Assembly: GCA_964016885.1 (NCBI GenBank)
Contig: OZ024742.1
Coordinates: forward strand, 114,018,001-114,082,000
Length of the DNA: 64,000 bases
Direction: 5' to 3'
Source of the DNA: Eledone cirrhosa
Taxonomy: Eukaryota
Positions 11,242 through 22,883 of this stretch are shown here, in pieces (position 1 is the stretch's first letter; each line of letters opens with the position of its first letter). Below the pieces are notes generated by a model. The model had not been told where the DNA came from, ran no database searches, and worked only from the letters and a program-made list of their open reading frames with translations. The position numbers were made by a program, and so were the translations under genes.

Positions 11242-13500
11242 TATAAAAGACACAGAAGAAATTTATCAAAAATTACGTCTAGGAGAATTCTTCCAGGGTG
11301 TAGAATACGAGGAGGAATCACTAGTAAGAAACAAAAAGAACTTCAGGCCTCTGTTGAATAGAGACAAACACCTGGGGGATTATATAATCTGCCTTCGACG
11401 ATCGGCACAGTCAATTATTGCAGAGACGAAACACAAACACAACACCCTACATAACAACTGCATGCACTAAACAAACTACAAAAAGGCTCCTGAATAATCA
11501 TAAAAGAAGCGGACAAACGTGGAGCAATCATCATGATGGACAAAAAACATAAGGATCTCGTCCTAGAAGAGTTGAATAACGAGGATTTTTACAGAAACAT
11601 CAGCAAAAACAAACAAAAAAAATGGACGATTAAATTAGCCAAACTGACGACCAAGTACCAAAACAACCTCACACTAAAGGAAATCAATTACTTAACCAAC
11701 TTCGAAATGAAAACCAGCAATATCTATGGTTTACCGAAGGTTCAGAAATCAAGAGAAATCAAAAACAACATAAAAGGCGAAAATACATCATATGTTGATT
11801 TAAAATTATGCCCAATTATTGCTGGTCAAGCCTCAAGTACAGAACGTCTAAGCAACCTATTAGACATCATACTGAAACCCTTATGTAAAAAAGTGCCAAG
11901 CTTCATCAGAGATGATATGGAATTCCTGAACTATATCTCCCAGAAAGTACACCAAGAAACAATCTTAGTCAGCTTTGACGTAACAAGCTTATATACTAAC
12001 ATCCCACACGACTAAGGAGTTGAAACTGTTGACTTCTGGATTACAAAACCCCCAGACTTCATTTCAGAGAGAATCCCTAAAATGTTATTTTGGAATGACT
12101 AAAACTAGTACGGGAGAACAACCACTTCCTTTTTGATAACAAACTATATTTATAATTAAAAGGGCACCAAAGTGACCCCAACATATGCAACACTCGTTAT
12201 GGGCCACCTAGAGGCAAAAGTACATTCTAAACTTCAGGAAACATTCAGTCATGACTTCGGCAACTACATTAATCACAACTGGAATCACTACCTAGACCAC
12301 TGCTTCATCTTCTGGATTAGAAGAAACAAAAACTGCAAAGATTCCATTCCATCATCAACAATCTTCACGAAGAAATAAAATTCATCATGCAATGTAATAC
12401 AAACGAACCACCATTTCTGGATATCCTTATCATTAAGGAAGGGGAAATATCAAAACCGACTTATTTTACAAACCAACAGACATACACCAATACTTGAATT
12501 TTCATTCAGTACACCCATGACATACCAAAAGGAACATTGCTGTTAACATGGCAAGATGCATCTGCACCATAGTAACACACCCTACACTACAGGAAAAAAG
12601 GTTATATGAATTAAAAGAGTACCTTAAAAGAAAAGAATATCCGGTGAACCTCATCAACACAGCCATCTTCAAAGCCCAGAACATCCCAGTGACAACACTG
12701 AGAAAAACAAAGCAACAAAATGGAATGGAAAAAACAGTTATCCCTTTTGTCATCAATCACAATACAAGGAACGTCAATATTGAGAAAGCCGCCAAACAAT
12801 ATCTTCCGATTCTCCAGCAGTCCCCTAAAATGAATGCAGTCATAAAAGACGCACAAATTGCATATAGCAGACGCCAAGCACCTAGCTCAAAGAAACTGCT
12901 TACCTAGGCAAAATTTACGTCTAATAATGAAGCAATGCAACTTAAGAAATGCAGGGGCTCTCGATGCGGAATTTGCGAACACATTGAAGAGGGTGGACAA
13001 ATCTCCTTTAAAAACAACCAACTTTCACAGTTAATGCAAACATGAATTTCAAAACCGAAAACTTGATTTACCGTGCATTCCGCGCACGATTTGAAGAATG
13101 CTACATTGGTGAAACCGGAACGGGTCTACATGATAGAGTTCGAGTACATAAACAACAAATTAGATAACCCTCTCTCAGAAACACCACATGCAGTGAACAG
13201 TTCGCAACATGCGGAACGGGAAATTTCACAATTCCCCCCTTCTTTAAGATATGGTCGGACAACCAACATTTCCGAAAATATGAAGAAGAATTCCTTATTA
13301 GAAAAAAGAAGCCACTACTGAACACAAAAAAGTAATATTCCATCTTCAAGTAACGGGATTATCCCATTCTCGCTTTTCTGTATCTCATATTGAATAAGAA
13401 AAATAGTTGATGGAACCCGTACTTTCAAACATTCGATCGCTGAAGAGAAGAAAAAAGAACCCTCAGAGGTACAGTAACATTTCCATAATTCCCCCTTTCC
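11242..13500 (+). mobile_element. Penelope-like retroelement (Neptune-type), RT + GIY-YIG, decayed and 5'-truncated
   Basis: IKEADKRGAIIMMD, YGLPKVQK, PIIAG..STERLS, SFDVTSLYTNIPH, TPTYATLVMG, WNHYLDH (YxDD), PFLDI, linker CRGSRCGIC, CYIGETG..RVRVH. Confidence 0.92.
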
Positions 13501-13519
13501 CACACCAATGTATATGTGA

Positions 13520-13682
13520 ACATAAACACTTGATTAAATGTGTGTACATATATGTATGTATTGATGTGTTTGTTTATATATATGTCTGTAGGTATGCAAA
13601 TATGTGTGTGCATATGCATATGTATGTGTGCATATGTGTGCACATGTGTGCATATGCGTATGTATGCACGTGCGTATGTGTG

Positions 13683-13749
<67 letters not shown>

Positions 13750-13804
13750 TACATGTATATGTGGGTGTATGCATGTACGTGTATGTATATATATATATAA
13801 ATGT

Positions 13805-13882
<78 letters not shown>

Positions 13883-13935
13883 ATATATATATATATATAT
13901 ATACATATATATATGTGTGTGTGTGTGTATGTATG
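13520..13935. repeat. Compound (TA)n/(TG)n microsatellite
   Basis: Seen directly; source of the YIYI/CVCV ORFs. Confidence 0.95.
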
Positions 13936-14735
13936 TAATATATATGAACTGTAAATATATTTACATATAGGGAAGTGAATATGTGAGCAAGCATGTCCCC
14001 CCTACACATCATCTCCCAAATCAATATCAACAACACATTTTTGACAAATTTTCCAAAACTATCCTCCTTTTCTCTTTTTACTGTGTTCCCATTCTTATCA
14101 AAATACATGTATCTTACACCTCATTAAAACCCACCACCAGACACGCACCTAAATTCATCTTTGATATAGACATCTGTCGAAGATATACTTTATAAATAAA
14201 TTTAAGAGAGTTGATTCAGCTATATGAAAGAATTTGAAAAACACCCTGCCATTATACTCATCAAATGTCAGCTAATGAAATAAAACCAGCAGGAGGGGAT
14301 GTTTACAACGACTTTCTCAAACACCCTTATCTTAATGTCAACCTCACTATTTTCTGACTGTATTTATATATATGTGACTATGTGTATGTGTGTGTGTGTG
14401 TGTATGTGTGTGTGCGTGTGTGTGTGCGTATTTGTGTATGTGTGATTTAATTCCTCCAAATCTTCATCAACACTCATTAATACCACACCCCACACACCAG
14501 ACCCATCCACATCTCTCTAATATGTAGTCACACATCTCAACATAACCTGATCTCAGTTTGATAATCGCCACAGCAGAATGCGAGAAAGTTCTCCAATAAA
14601 AGTTAACAAGGAATCTTTAAAATTCTTCCCAAGAACTTACTAGATCTACCAACTCATAATATTATAATATTATAAAATTAAATCAAATTATTTAACACTA
14701 CAAGTTAAGTCATTATTTTCCTTTTTTCCAAATAT
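13915..14735. repeat. Right arm of the long inverted repeat
   Basis: Mirror of 10398-11235, including an internal microsatellite at the equivalent position. Confidence 0.92.
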
Positions 14736-16592
14736 ACATAACTGTACCAAGGATCTCACACATTTTCCAATATACATATATTTGTAATAGATCTACAGAA
14801 ATAACAGTACAATCGGTTCAGTATATGGAAGGGATATATTAGGATAACGCTTGATATAGCAGGAAGAGGGTATCAACGTTTCGGGTGCTAGTCATTCATC
14901 AGAACAAAAATGAGAAATAAGATAGATTAAGGGGTGAGAAGAATAAGATGGTGTAAGAAGATTGTAGTAGAGCAAAAGTGGTAGAGAATGGTGGAATATT
15001 TAAATGCAAGAAGCAAAGACAATTTCAATGATACGAAAGTATTCCTCGTGCAGTTCAGGTCTACTCCTGCTTGGTATCCGTGTCGAGGTGAAAATCCAAT
15101 CAGAAAATCCAACGAATTTTAAGTGGTCCAGCTCAGCTCCATTCTTTCTCAAACCATTTCTCTAGAACGAATTATTCGTGTTGATGCTACGTGAGTAAAT
15201 GATGAATTATGATTAATTGACCGAATTCAGAAGGGCGCCACTACGACTACACCATATTTTAAGAAACTTTACTTCCTTTGCTTTACCACTAATTATGCAA
15301 GCAGAATTCAATTTATTCACTTGTGTAGGTAAATTTTCACCCAATACGGAGATTGCGGCTCCACCACATATAGAAAGACCGATTCAGGCATCAGTTGTAG
15401 ACGTCTTCCCTTCGTCATGGACAAAAGTACTGCATCACCAAGTTTTACACAACTTATTGGACATAAATGAATTTAATAGAAGATAAATTATTATCAGCAT
15501 TCAAACGAACTATTTCGAATAAGGAAAACGTCGTTACTTTTCTTGGCACTAAATGTCTGGAAAACCGTGATGATTGGCATTGGTTCTGTTTATTCTTCAT
15601 TTATTGTATCTTGAATTCATTATACAAAAATGAAATATATTTCTATCATCATTTACGCCGGTGATTAAATTCAACATTCGCATATCCTTTCACATTTTAC
15701 CCCAGGAATTATATTTTCCTCAGTACAATAGCATAATATACTACTAATATTTCGGAAATAATAATTTGGTTTTCCCTTGTTTAGACAGATGCAGTATTAT
15801 TGTTCATTTGTGTGTTTTCGTCCTTTTGCTTTATGATAAAATAGCATTGCGGTCAAATATAGTCTTTGCGATGGTCATTTTGTTACAATCGGAATGTGGA
15901 AGTAATAATATAATATCGATTATATCATTTCATTTCTTTTGATTTGATTATGATTTAACCACACATCTTAACTAATTGAATAAAACTGCGATGCCAATCA
16001 TAACTTTTGGCTCAATTGCTTCAGTTGTCTCGATATTCGCGACAGTGTATTTAGTATTGTATTAGCAAATGTATCATTTATTTGTATTGGGGATAGATAT
16101 AGGACACACCCCGTCATGATACAGGATGTCCGACACAGTTCAATTATTTTTATTAGCTTGGCTGCTTAACATGTTTAACATAGTTACCCCGTATCTCTTT
16201 ATGTCCATATAATATACCAAGTGTAGTCAGTCCTTCACTACATCCTTATAATGCATTCACCCTTAATTTTGTCATACAACTTTAATTATTTTTTTCCCAT
16301 TGATTGGTGTCTTATTGGTTAAGCTCTCGTTAAATCTATTATAATCTAACCTACTTATCACATCTCGCACAGTTTGTTTCCTTATACGTTCTCAATCATT
16401 ATCAGTATAATCTGCTTTCATTAACATCTGCTCTCTACATAATATTATTTACTAAAGTATCCATTCTACACATTCAGCCAGAAATCATACATATTTCTTC
16501 AATTGCAATGAAAGACCATATGCTAATTCATTTGAAAATGTATACAAGTTCAGTAAACATATGCCTGCTACCATTAATTTCTTTTTCCGTCA

Positions 16593-16777
16593 AGGGCGGT
16601 GAATTGCAGTTTCGGTAGAGGGTTGGTCGCCATGCTTTCTAGTATAGTTACGTCCCTTTACAGTCTGAGTTCAAATCCCGCCCAGGTTAACTTTGCCTTT
16701 CATCCTTACTAGGTCGATAAAATAAAGTACCAGTAATGTACTGGGTAATGGCTGGACTTGTGCCTAAAGTAGAAACA
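16593..16777 (+). mobile_element. tRNA-derived SINE with Nin/Deu-like core, full length
   Basis: A-box-like GGTGAATTGCAG..GGTAG, B box GAGTTCAAATCC, core CTTTGCCTTTCATCCTT..GGTCGATAAAATAAAGTACCAG. TSD ATTAATTTCTTTT(T)CCGTCA at 16573-16592 and 16778-16796. Confidence 0.92.
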
Positions 16778-16937
16778 ATTAATTTCTTTTCCGTCATATT
16801 TATTCAGCTTCGACGTTTAGTGTACTACTGATATATTGTATTAACAACAAAGTAGTTTGTTCAAACATATTGAAGCTGTGATATGTTGTATATATTTATA
16901 TATATATATACATATATATATCAACTAGAAATTGATT

Positions 16938-16982
<45 letters not shown>

Positions 16983-17008
16983 ATATATATATCAACTAGA
17001 AATTGATT

Positions 17009-17103
<95 letters not shown>

Positions 17104-17234
17104 CTATATATATATATAAAATAAACACATGAAACAATCACACCGGATAACACAGTAGATATGGTGCATGTCTCTCGGACATGACACACTAAATTTTATT
17201 TTGGATACATATATATATAAATATATATATATAT

Positions 17235-17442
17235 TGTTATACTTTGGGAGGGTCATGTTGCCAATAAGAATCACACGCACCAGTTGCTCTCACTTCAATT
17301 TATTATATATTTATAAATTTATAAATTTACAAATCTACAAACTTATAAATTTCTGGTTGGTTGTTTGGTTCCACAACCAGATAGTTGTTTATATATAGTC
17401 ATAGTCCTTTCGTCACACACATGACCCTCCCAAAGTATAACA
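17235..17442. mobile_element. MITE with TGT...ACA termini, 24-bp perfect TIR, flanked by ATAT
   Basis: ATAT|TGTTATACTTTGGGAGGGTCATGT ... ACATGACCCTCCCAAAGTATAACA|ATAT. Confidence 0.8.
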
Positions 17443-17521
17443 ATATCGGTTCCAACACACAATTTCAGATAAAGAATCTTGCTAAACAAATTCAGAAACG
17501 AAATATATATATATACATATA

Positions 17522-17552
<31 letters not shown>

Positions 17553-17611
17553 GTCCAGAAATAGCCGTCGAAACGGCTTGAGCTCTGCCGTCGGGGTTAA
17601 ACTGTTCCCTA
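17553..17611 (-). repeat. Partial copy of the mini hairpin element at 22692-22780
   Basis: TCCAGAAATAGCCGTCGAAACGGCTTGAGCTCTGCCGTCGGGGTTAAAC is the reverse-complement homologue of about 22700-22750. Confidence 0.7.
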
Positions 17612-17733
17612 TATATATATATATATATGTATGTATATATATAAAGTGAAAAAGTGTGGGCGTTAGAAATGATATGTTTATATAAATACTAGGAGTGCTT
17701 TTCTTTTCTTTCTTTTCCTTTTTTATCATTTTC

Positions 17734-17773
<40 letters not shown>

Positions 17774-19078
17774 TATGTATATGTGAGTGTGTGTCTGTGT
17801 GTGTGCGTAAATCCCCGACCTACCGTACAAAAATATAACTAATTCAAGCGTGCATGTAGTTATGTGTGTATAAATAATTTCGTTACTAATTCTCTCAAAA
17901 GCAATTTAAAGAAAAAAAAAACATATCTGATACTTCATGTTGAATTATATACACTATTTTGTGGAGTATTTTTTGAAAAATGTTCCTATTTAACTAGCGT
18001 TGTCTGCTTCTCAACAAAATGTGTTTTTTTTTTTAATTTCCTGTTTCAATATTATTTCCATGTTCTAGTGGGAAATTTCTTTGAAAGGAAATAGTAATTT
18101 AAAACAATGTTATTGTGTAATTAGCAAGCATGGTGGAAAGATTTTTTTTTTCATAATTGATTCTTCTCTTTATTATTTGATTTAGATTAAATTTTCCGTT
18201 TTGGTTATGTATATTTTTTGTTCGCATCCCTGTATGCTCCTTAAATATTGTTTTGATTTTCAGTGATTTTCCGTGCATAATTTCTATAATCTCTCTCCTA
18301 CCCTGTCAAAACACTATCGTCAATTGTCTGTTAATCTCGTTCTATATTAACATGATTTGAGAATTTTTTCTGCCATTTTAAATGTCATATGACTATTTTC
18401 AATTTGGTTGTGCTACAGAAATAAGGCATAAATGAAAACCTGCAAAGAACTGTGTTTCTCTCGGAATGTACTCCAGCAGTTATCGGATAATGAAATTAAA
18501 TTAATTTTCTCAGTTATTTTGTTTTAACAATACTCTATGACACTTCCCCGGTGTGGTTGTATTCCCATGTATTTACCAGGCTTTTACGTTTCAAATGCTG
18601 CACCTGCATATTGAAGTGACAAAACACTTTGACTGTTTGTTGTTTGGGTTTCAATTTATTGACACCACAACAATTCCTCAAATCTAACTTTTAATTAACT
18701 TTAAGAAAACACACTGTCCAGTGACAGCTGAGCAATGTGTATTTTTTCATTGAAATACTTTCGTTTTTAGTCTGAACCAATCTGTTTTAATTAGATTATT
18801 TTCCTTATAATATTTTCAGTAGTTGCTACAATAAATTCATTAGACAATAATATATTTGGTTTTAAATGAAATTAAAATTCCATCTGCAATAGAAATACAT
18901 ATGTTCATGTCCGGAATGGTTTAACGTTTATTTTGAATATAATTATCTCATGGGTTTGGAAACAAAAGCCATCTTATATTCTTCGAACGGCCCAATCTAA
19001 TATCTAAACTAATAACGTTTCGTTTGTGTCTCTGTATCTTGTCAAGTACACTTTTTAATTAACTCTATATTAAAATAA

Positions 19079-19266
19079 TTGTTTCTACTTTTAGGCACAA
19101 GGCCAGCAATTACCCAGTGCATTACTGGTACTTTATTTTATCAACCCCGTAAGGATGAAAGGTAAAGTTAACCTCGGCGGGATTTGAACTCATATCATAA
19201 AGGGACATAACTATGCTAGAAAGCATGGCGTCAGACCCTCTCCCGATACTGCAAATCCACCAATAT
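19079..19266 (-). mobile_element. SINE (same family), full length
   Basis: Same B box and core. TSD TATATTAAAATAA at 19066-19078 and 19267-19279. Confidence 0.9.
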
Positions 19267-19699
19267 TATATTAAAATAAAAACAGTGGATTTACACCAGT
19301 GTTTTAATTTATATATTAAGAAAAAAAATAGGTATAGTAAATTGTCATCGTATAGAATAATGTAATATCATTTAGCTTCTACGTTAATATTGTAAGGACC
19401 AACGGGTTATTTAATTTCCAACTGTGATCAAATAATTTGATCGATATATATCTATTGAACCTAAACATTTTATGTAACAACGTACTTACAGAACACGCGC
19501 TATAAATGAATCATCCTTCAAAACCACGGTTTGCGCCACAAAATACTCAGGTAGTAAAGATATAGATTTAATGTAGCCGCCAGCAGGTAGTTGCTTAATT
19601 TGCGGCAGATATCATCGCCGCTTTTCTCAAAGCACGTATCTGTCTTATGAAGGGAATTCACACTGGCAAAAATATACCAGGATATATTACTAACAATAA

Positions 19700-19851
19700 T
19701 AACTGTTTCTACTTTAGGCACAAGACCAACAAATTACCCAGTGCATTACTGGTACTTTATTTTATCCACCCCGTAAGGATTAAAGGCAAAGTAAACCTCG
19801 GCGGGATTTGAACTTAGACCGTAATGGGACGTAACTATGCTCGAACGCCAT
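19700..19851 (-). mobile_element. SINE (same family), 5'-truncated
   Basis: TGTTTCTACTTTAGGCACAAG...CTGGTACTTTATTTTATC...GGCGGGATTTGAAC. Confidence 0.88.
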
Positions 19852-20147
19852 GTATTAACAAATATCGGCACCTGTAACTCACTAGAATTTACATACGAAG
19901 CATTCAATCACGTATCAGCATACACATGCCAACTGCATTTCGTATACGTAAACACACAGCGATATACTTAACAATTACAAACATATACAACATACATTTA
20001 TCGGTAGATACTGAATGAGAAAAAGTCTATATCGAAAGCAGGTATATGAGGGTGTATACATATGTGTTCTTATAACTATTTAGACAGGGGAATGTAGATA
20101 TTTAGACATACACACGCACACACACCATCTCACAATCTCATAGCCAC

Positions 20148-20228
<81 letters not shown>

Positions 20229-20269
20229 GGGGGGGGCGTGTCTGTGTATGTGTGTGAGTGTGTGAGTGT

Positions 20270-22222
20270 GTGTATATGGGATGGCTGCAAACTCGTGTTT
20301 GAGCATTGCCTTCGCCTGAGAAAATGCTCAAAAATGTGAGGCGCGAAAGTGGCTCTTTAAACCTAGCAAAGCCTTGCACATGCTGGCAAACCATATGTTG
20401 CTCAGCAGCAGGCATTGCATAACATTCCCTTTTCCTCGCATTCCTTTTCAGTGTTGGGTGTTCTCTTCGACGTTTTTCGAAGTGTTCACCTCCTGATTTG
20501 ATCAAACATCTCCACTTCAGACGCTCCTCGGGCCATTTTCTCCCATTCGTCAGATGACATTCCAGCACCATCAACGTGCCCCTGACATAGTCCCATAACC
20601 ACATGTTTTGTTGTTTGTGTTCGTCGCCTTCCTTTGCATAGTTCCCCTTAGAGAAGTTGCTTTGGAATACGATAATCAGTCATCCGGACTACGTGACTGC
20701 ACCACCTCAACAGATGCCGAAATATCATGCTCTCTATAGTCACAGACCTGCTCTGTTCGAGAAATTTCCAAATCATTGACTAACATTTACCATCGCACCA
20801 AAATTATCTTACGAAGTAATGTTTGGAATTCATTCAGGTACTCTCTGTATGTGACCAACGTTTAACAATCATAAAGAAAAGAGGAGACGACACAAGACAG
20901 ATACACTTTTACCTTGTTTTCAATGGAGATATCTCGCCTGGACCACAAACGCACATTCCGCCGTCCAAAGACATCACTGGCCTTGATTTTTAAGGATATC
21001 TCATTATGAACTGCGCATGGATTGTTCATCGTTCTACCAAGGTAGACAAGCTTATCAACAACATTTAGCCTCTTTTCGTACACGTACACCATTGGTGTAG
21101 TGTATTCTTTCGCAGCTTCTGGCTGGTACAATACAACATGTTTTTCCAAGCTTCTTGTGAGGCCAGAAGCGCTGTAAGCTTCAGAAAAAGAGTTCATAAT
21201 ATTCGGCTTGTCAGTTTGTGAGTGTGCAAACAGATCGTAGTCATCTGCATACAAGATCACTCTGATTATAGATGTTGATATATTTGTGGTTGCACCAAAG
21301 AGCCTGATGTTGAAAGCCTTCCTGATGTGCGATACATGATATAAATTCCATGCAAACAATTATGTTTTGAATGCCATGAGAATCACTATCCTAAAATGTA
21401 AGGAAAACGAAGCTGGAGCCAAAATGCTCCCCTGCTTCACTCCATTTTCAACTGATGTTGATCCAGAGATGCTACCACCAATAGTGACACAAGCCATCAT
21501 GTCATCATGAGAAAGACGTAGAATATTCATAAACTTTGGTGGACAGCCAATATTTTCCAAAGGTTTCCACAATGCAGTCCGTTTGACAGTGTCAAAGGCA
21601 TTTGCCAAGTCTAGAAAGACCTGATAAATGTCCATACCTTGTTCGATGTACTTTTCTTGCAACTACCGAGCAGAAACGATCATATCCACTTTTTCTTTTT
21701 TTCGTTTCTGAATCTACACTGTGACTCGAGTAACACCATTCAGAGCAGCCTATGAAATCAATCTATCATCAAAATTCGACACATGTCTTTGCTATCTACT
21801 GAAATGCGTGATATGCCACGATAATTTCCACATTTGCCATTCCAACCCATTCCTTTATGGAGAATCACCATAAGAGCTTCCTTCCATTCTTGTGAGACAA
21901 TCTCATTTTCCCACACCATTATCATGAGGTCAGTCAGGCGTTGCATCACGTTTTCATCACTGCACTTCAAAACCTCTGCACTCAGACCATCCAGGTGAGT
22001 AACATTTCAGCTTATGTTGAAACAGAAGTCACTTTTGAAGGAGAATGGCATCAGCCATCTCATGCTTTCATGGTTCAGTAGATGCGGGGTAAATTAAATC
22101 ATCAACCTAGGGTAGGTGGTACAAGAGGTTGATTGACAGAGTGATCTCTCCATCTGTCGAGCATGTCTCTTACATCGCGCAGGAAGTGCTTGCCATATTT
22201 TGATCTCGAAGGTGCCATTGAC
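20270..22222 (-). mobile_element. RTE (BovB-like) LINE, RT region to 3' end, decayed
   Basis: CGNYRGIS, FLDLANAFDTV, GVKQGSILAP, LYADD, YLG, KVKVYLSCVVSSFLY; C-terminal W....DR..W-like and Cys remnants. Confidence 0.92.
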
Positions 22223-22272
22223 ATATATATATATATATAGACACGTACACAGACACACATACACACACACAT

Positions 22273-22321
<49 letters not shown>

Positions 22322-22691
22322 TGTGTGTGTACTTCGGCGTTATAAAACGTTTAAACCACATAAGAAATCGATAAAGTACGATGGAGATATATATATTAAT
22401 TTAAGTATTGGTGTAAGAAGAAAGTTGTCTGAACGTTTTCGACGATAGTCTTTCATCACACAATATATTTAGAGATAATGGATGAATAGATAAACGAGTG
22501 TGTGAAATCGAAGGAACGGAGTTGTTATTTTGCGTGATAGAAAGCACCTGGACGATTAGTTAGTTCACATATATATATATATGTGAGCTAACTAATATAT
22601 ATATATATATATAACGAAGGAGGTGTGTTAAGGAACCAGATGGACTAGAGCGCACCAGAGTACTAAATACTTAGGATAGTAGATTGGGTAA

Positions 22692-22776
22692 TAGGAAATG
22701 TTTAACACCGACCACAGAGCTCAAGGCTTTACGACGGCTATTTCTGGATAGCTCTGCTGGCGGGGTTAAACATTTT

Positions 22777-22780
<4 letters not shown>
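22692..22780. repeat. About 90-bp hairpin mini-element (MITE-like) in TA context
   Basis: TAGGAAATGTTTAACACCGACCACAGAGCT ... AGCTCTGCTGGCGGGGTTAAACATTTTCCTA. Confidence 0.72.
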
Positions 22781-22815
<35 letters not shown>

Positions 22816-22847
22816 TTATATGTATTTATATATGCCTTTTCTCTTTT

Positions 22848-22883
<36 letters not shown>

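Noticed and set aside
13425-13485. Hammerhead at the 3' end of the + strand PLE
   Set aside because: CTGAAGA is present at the expected place, but the GAAA box and stems are not intact; at most a relic.
14995-15170. Short minus frame GLRKNGAELDHLKFVGFSDW, faintly like a tyrosine-recombinase C-terminus
   Set aside because: Catalytic HxxR and Tyr are not convincingly present.
16593-16690. tRNA gene
   Set aside because: The A/B boxes belong to a SINE head; no cloverleaf.
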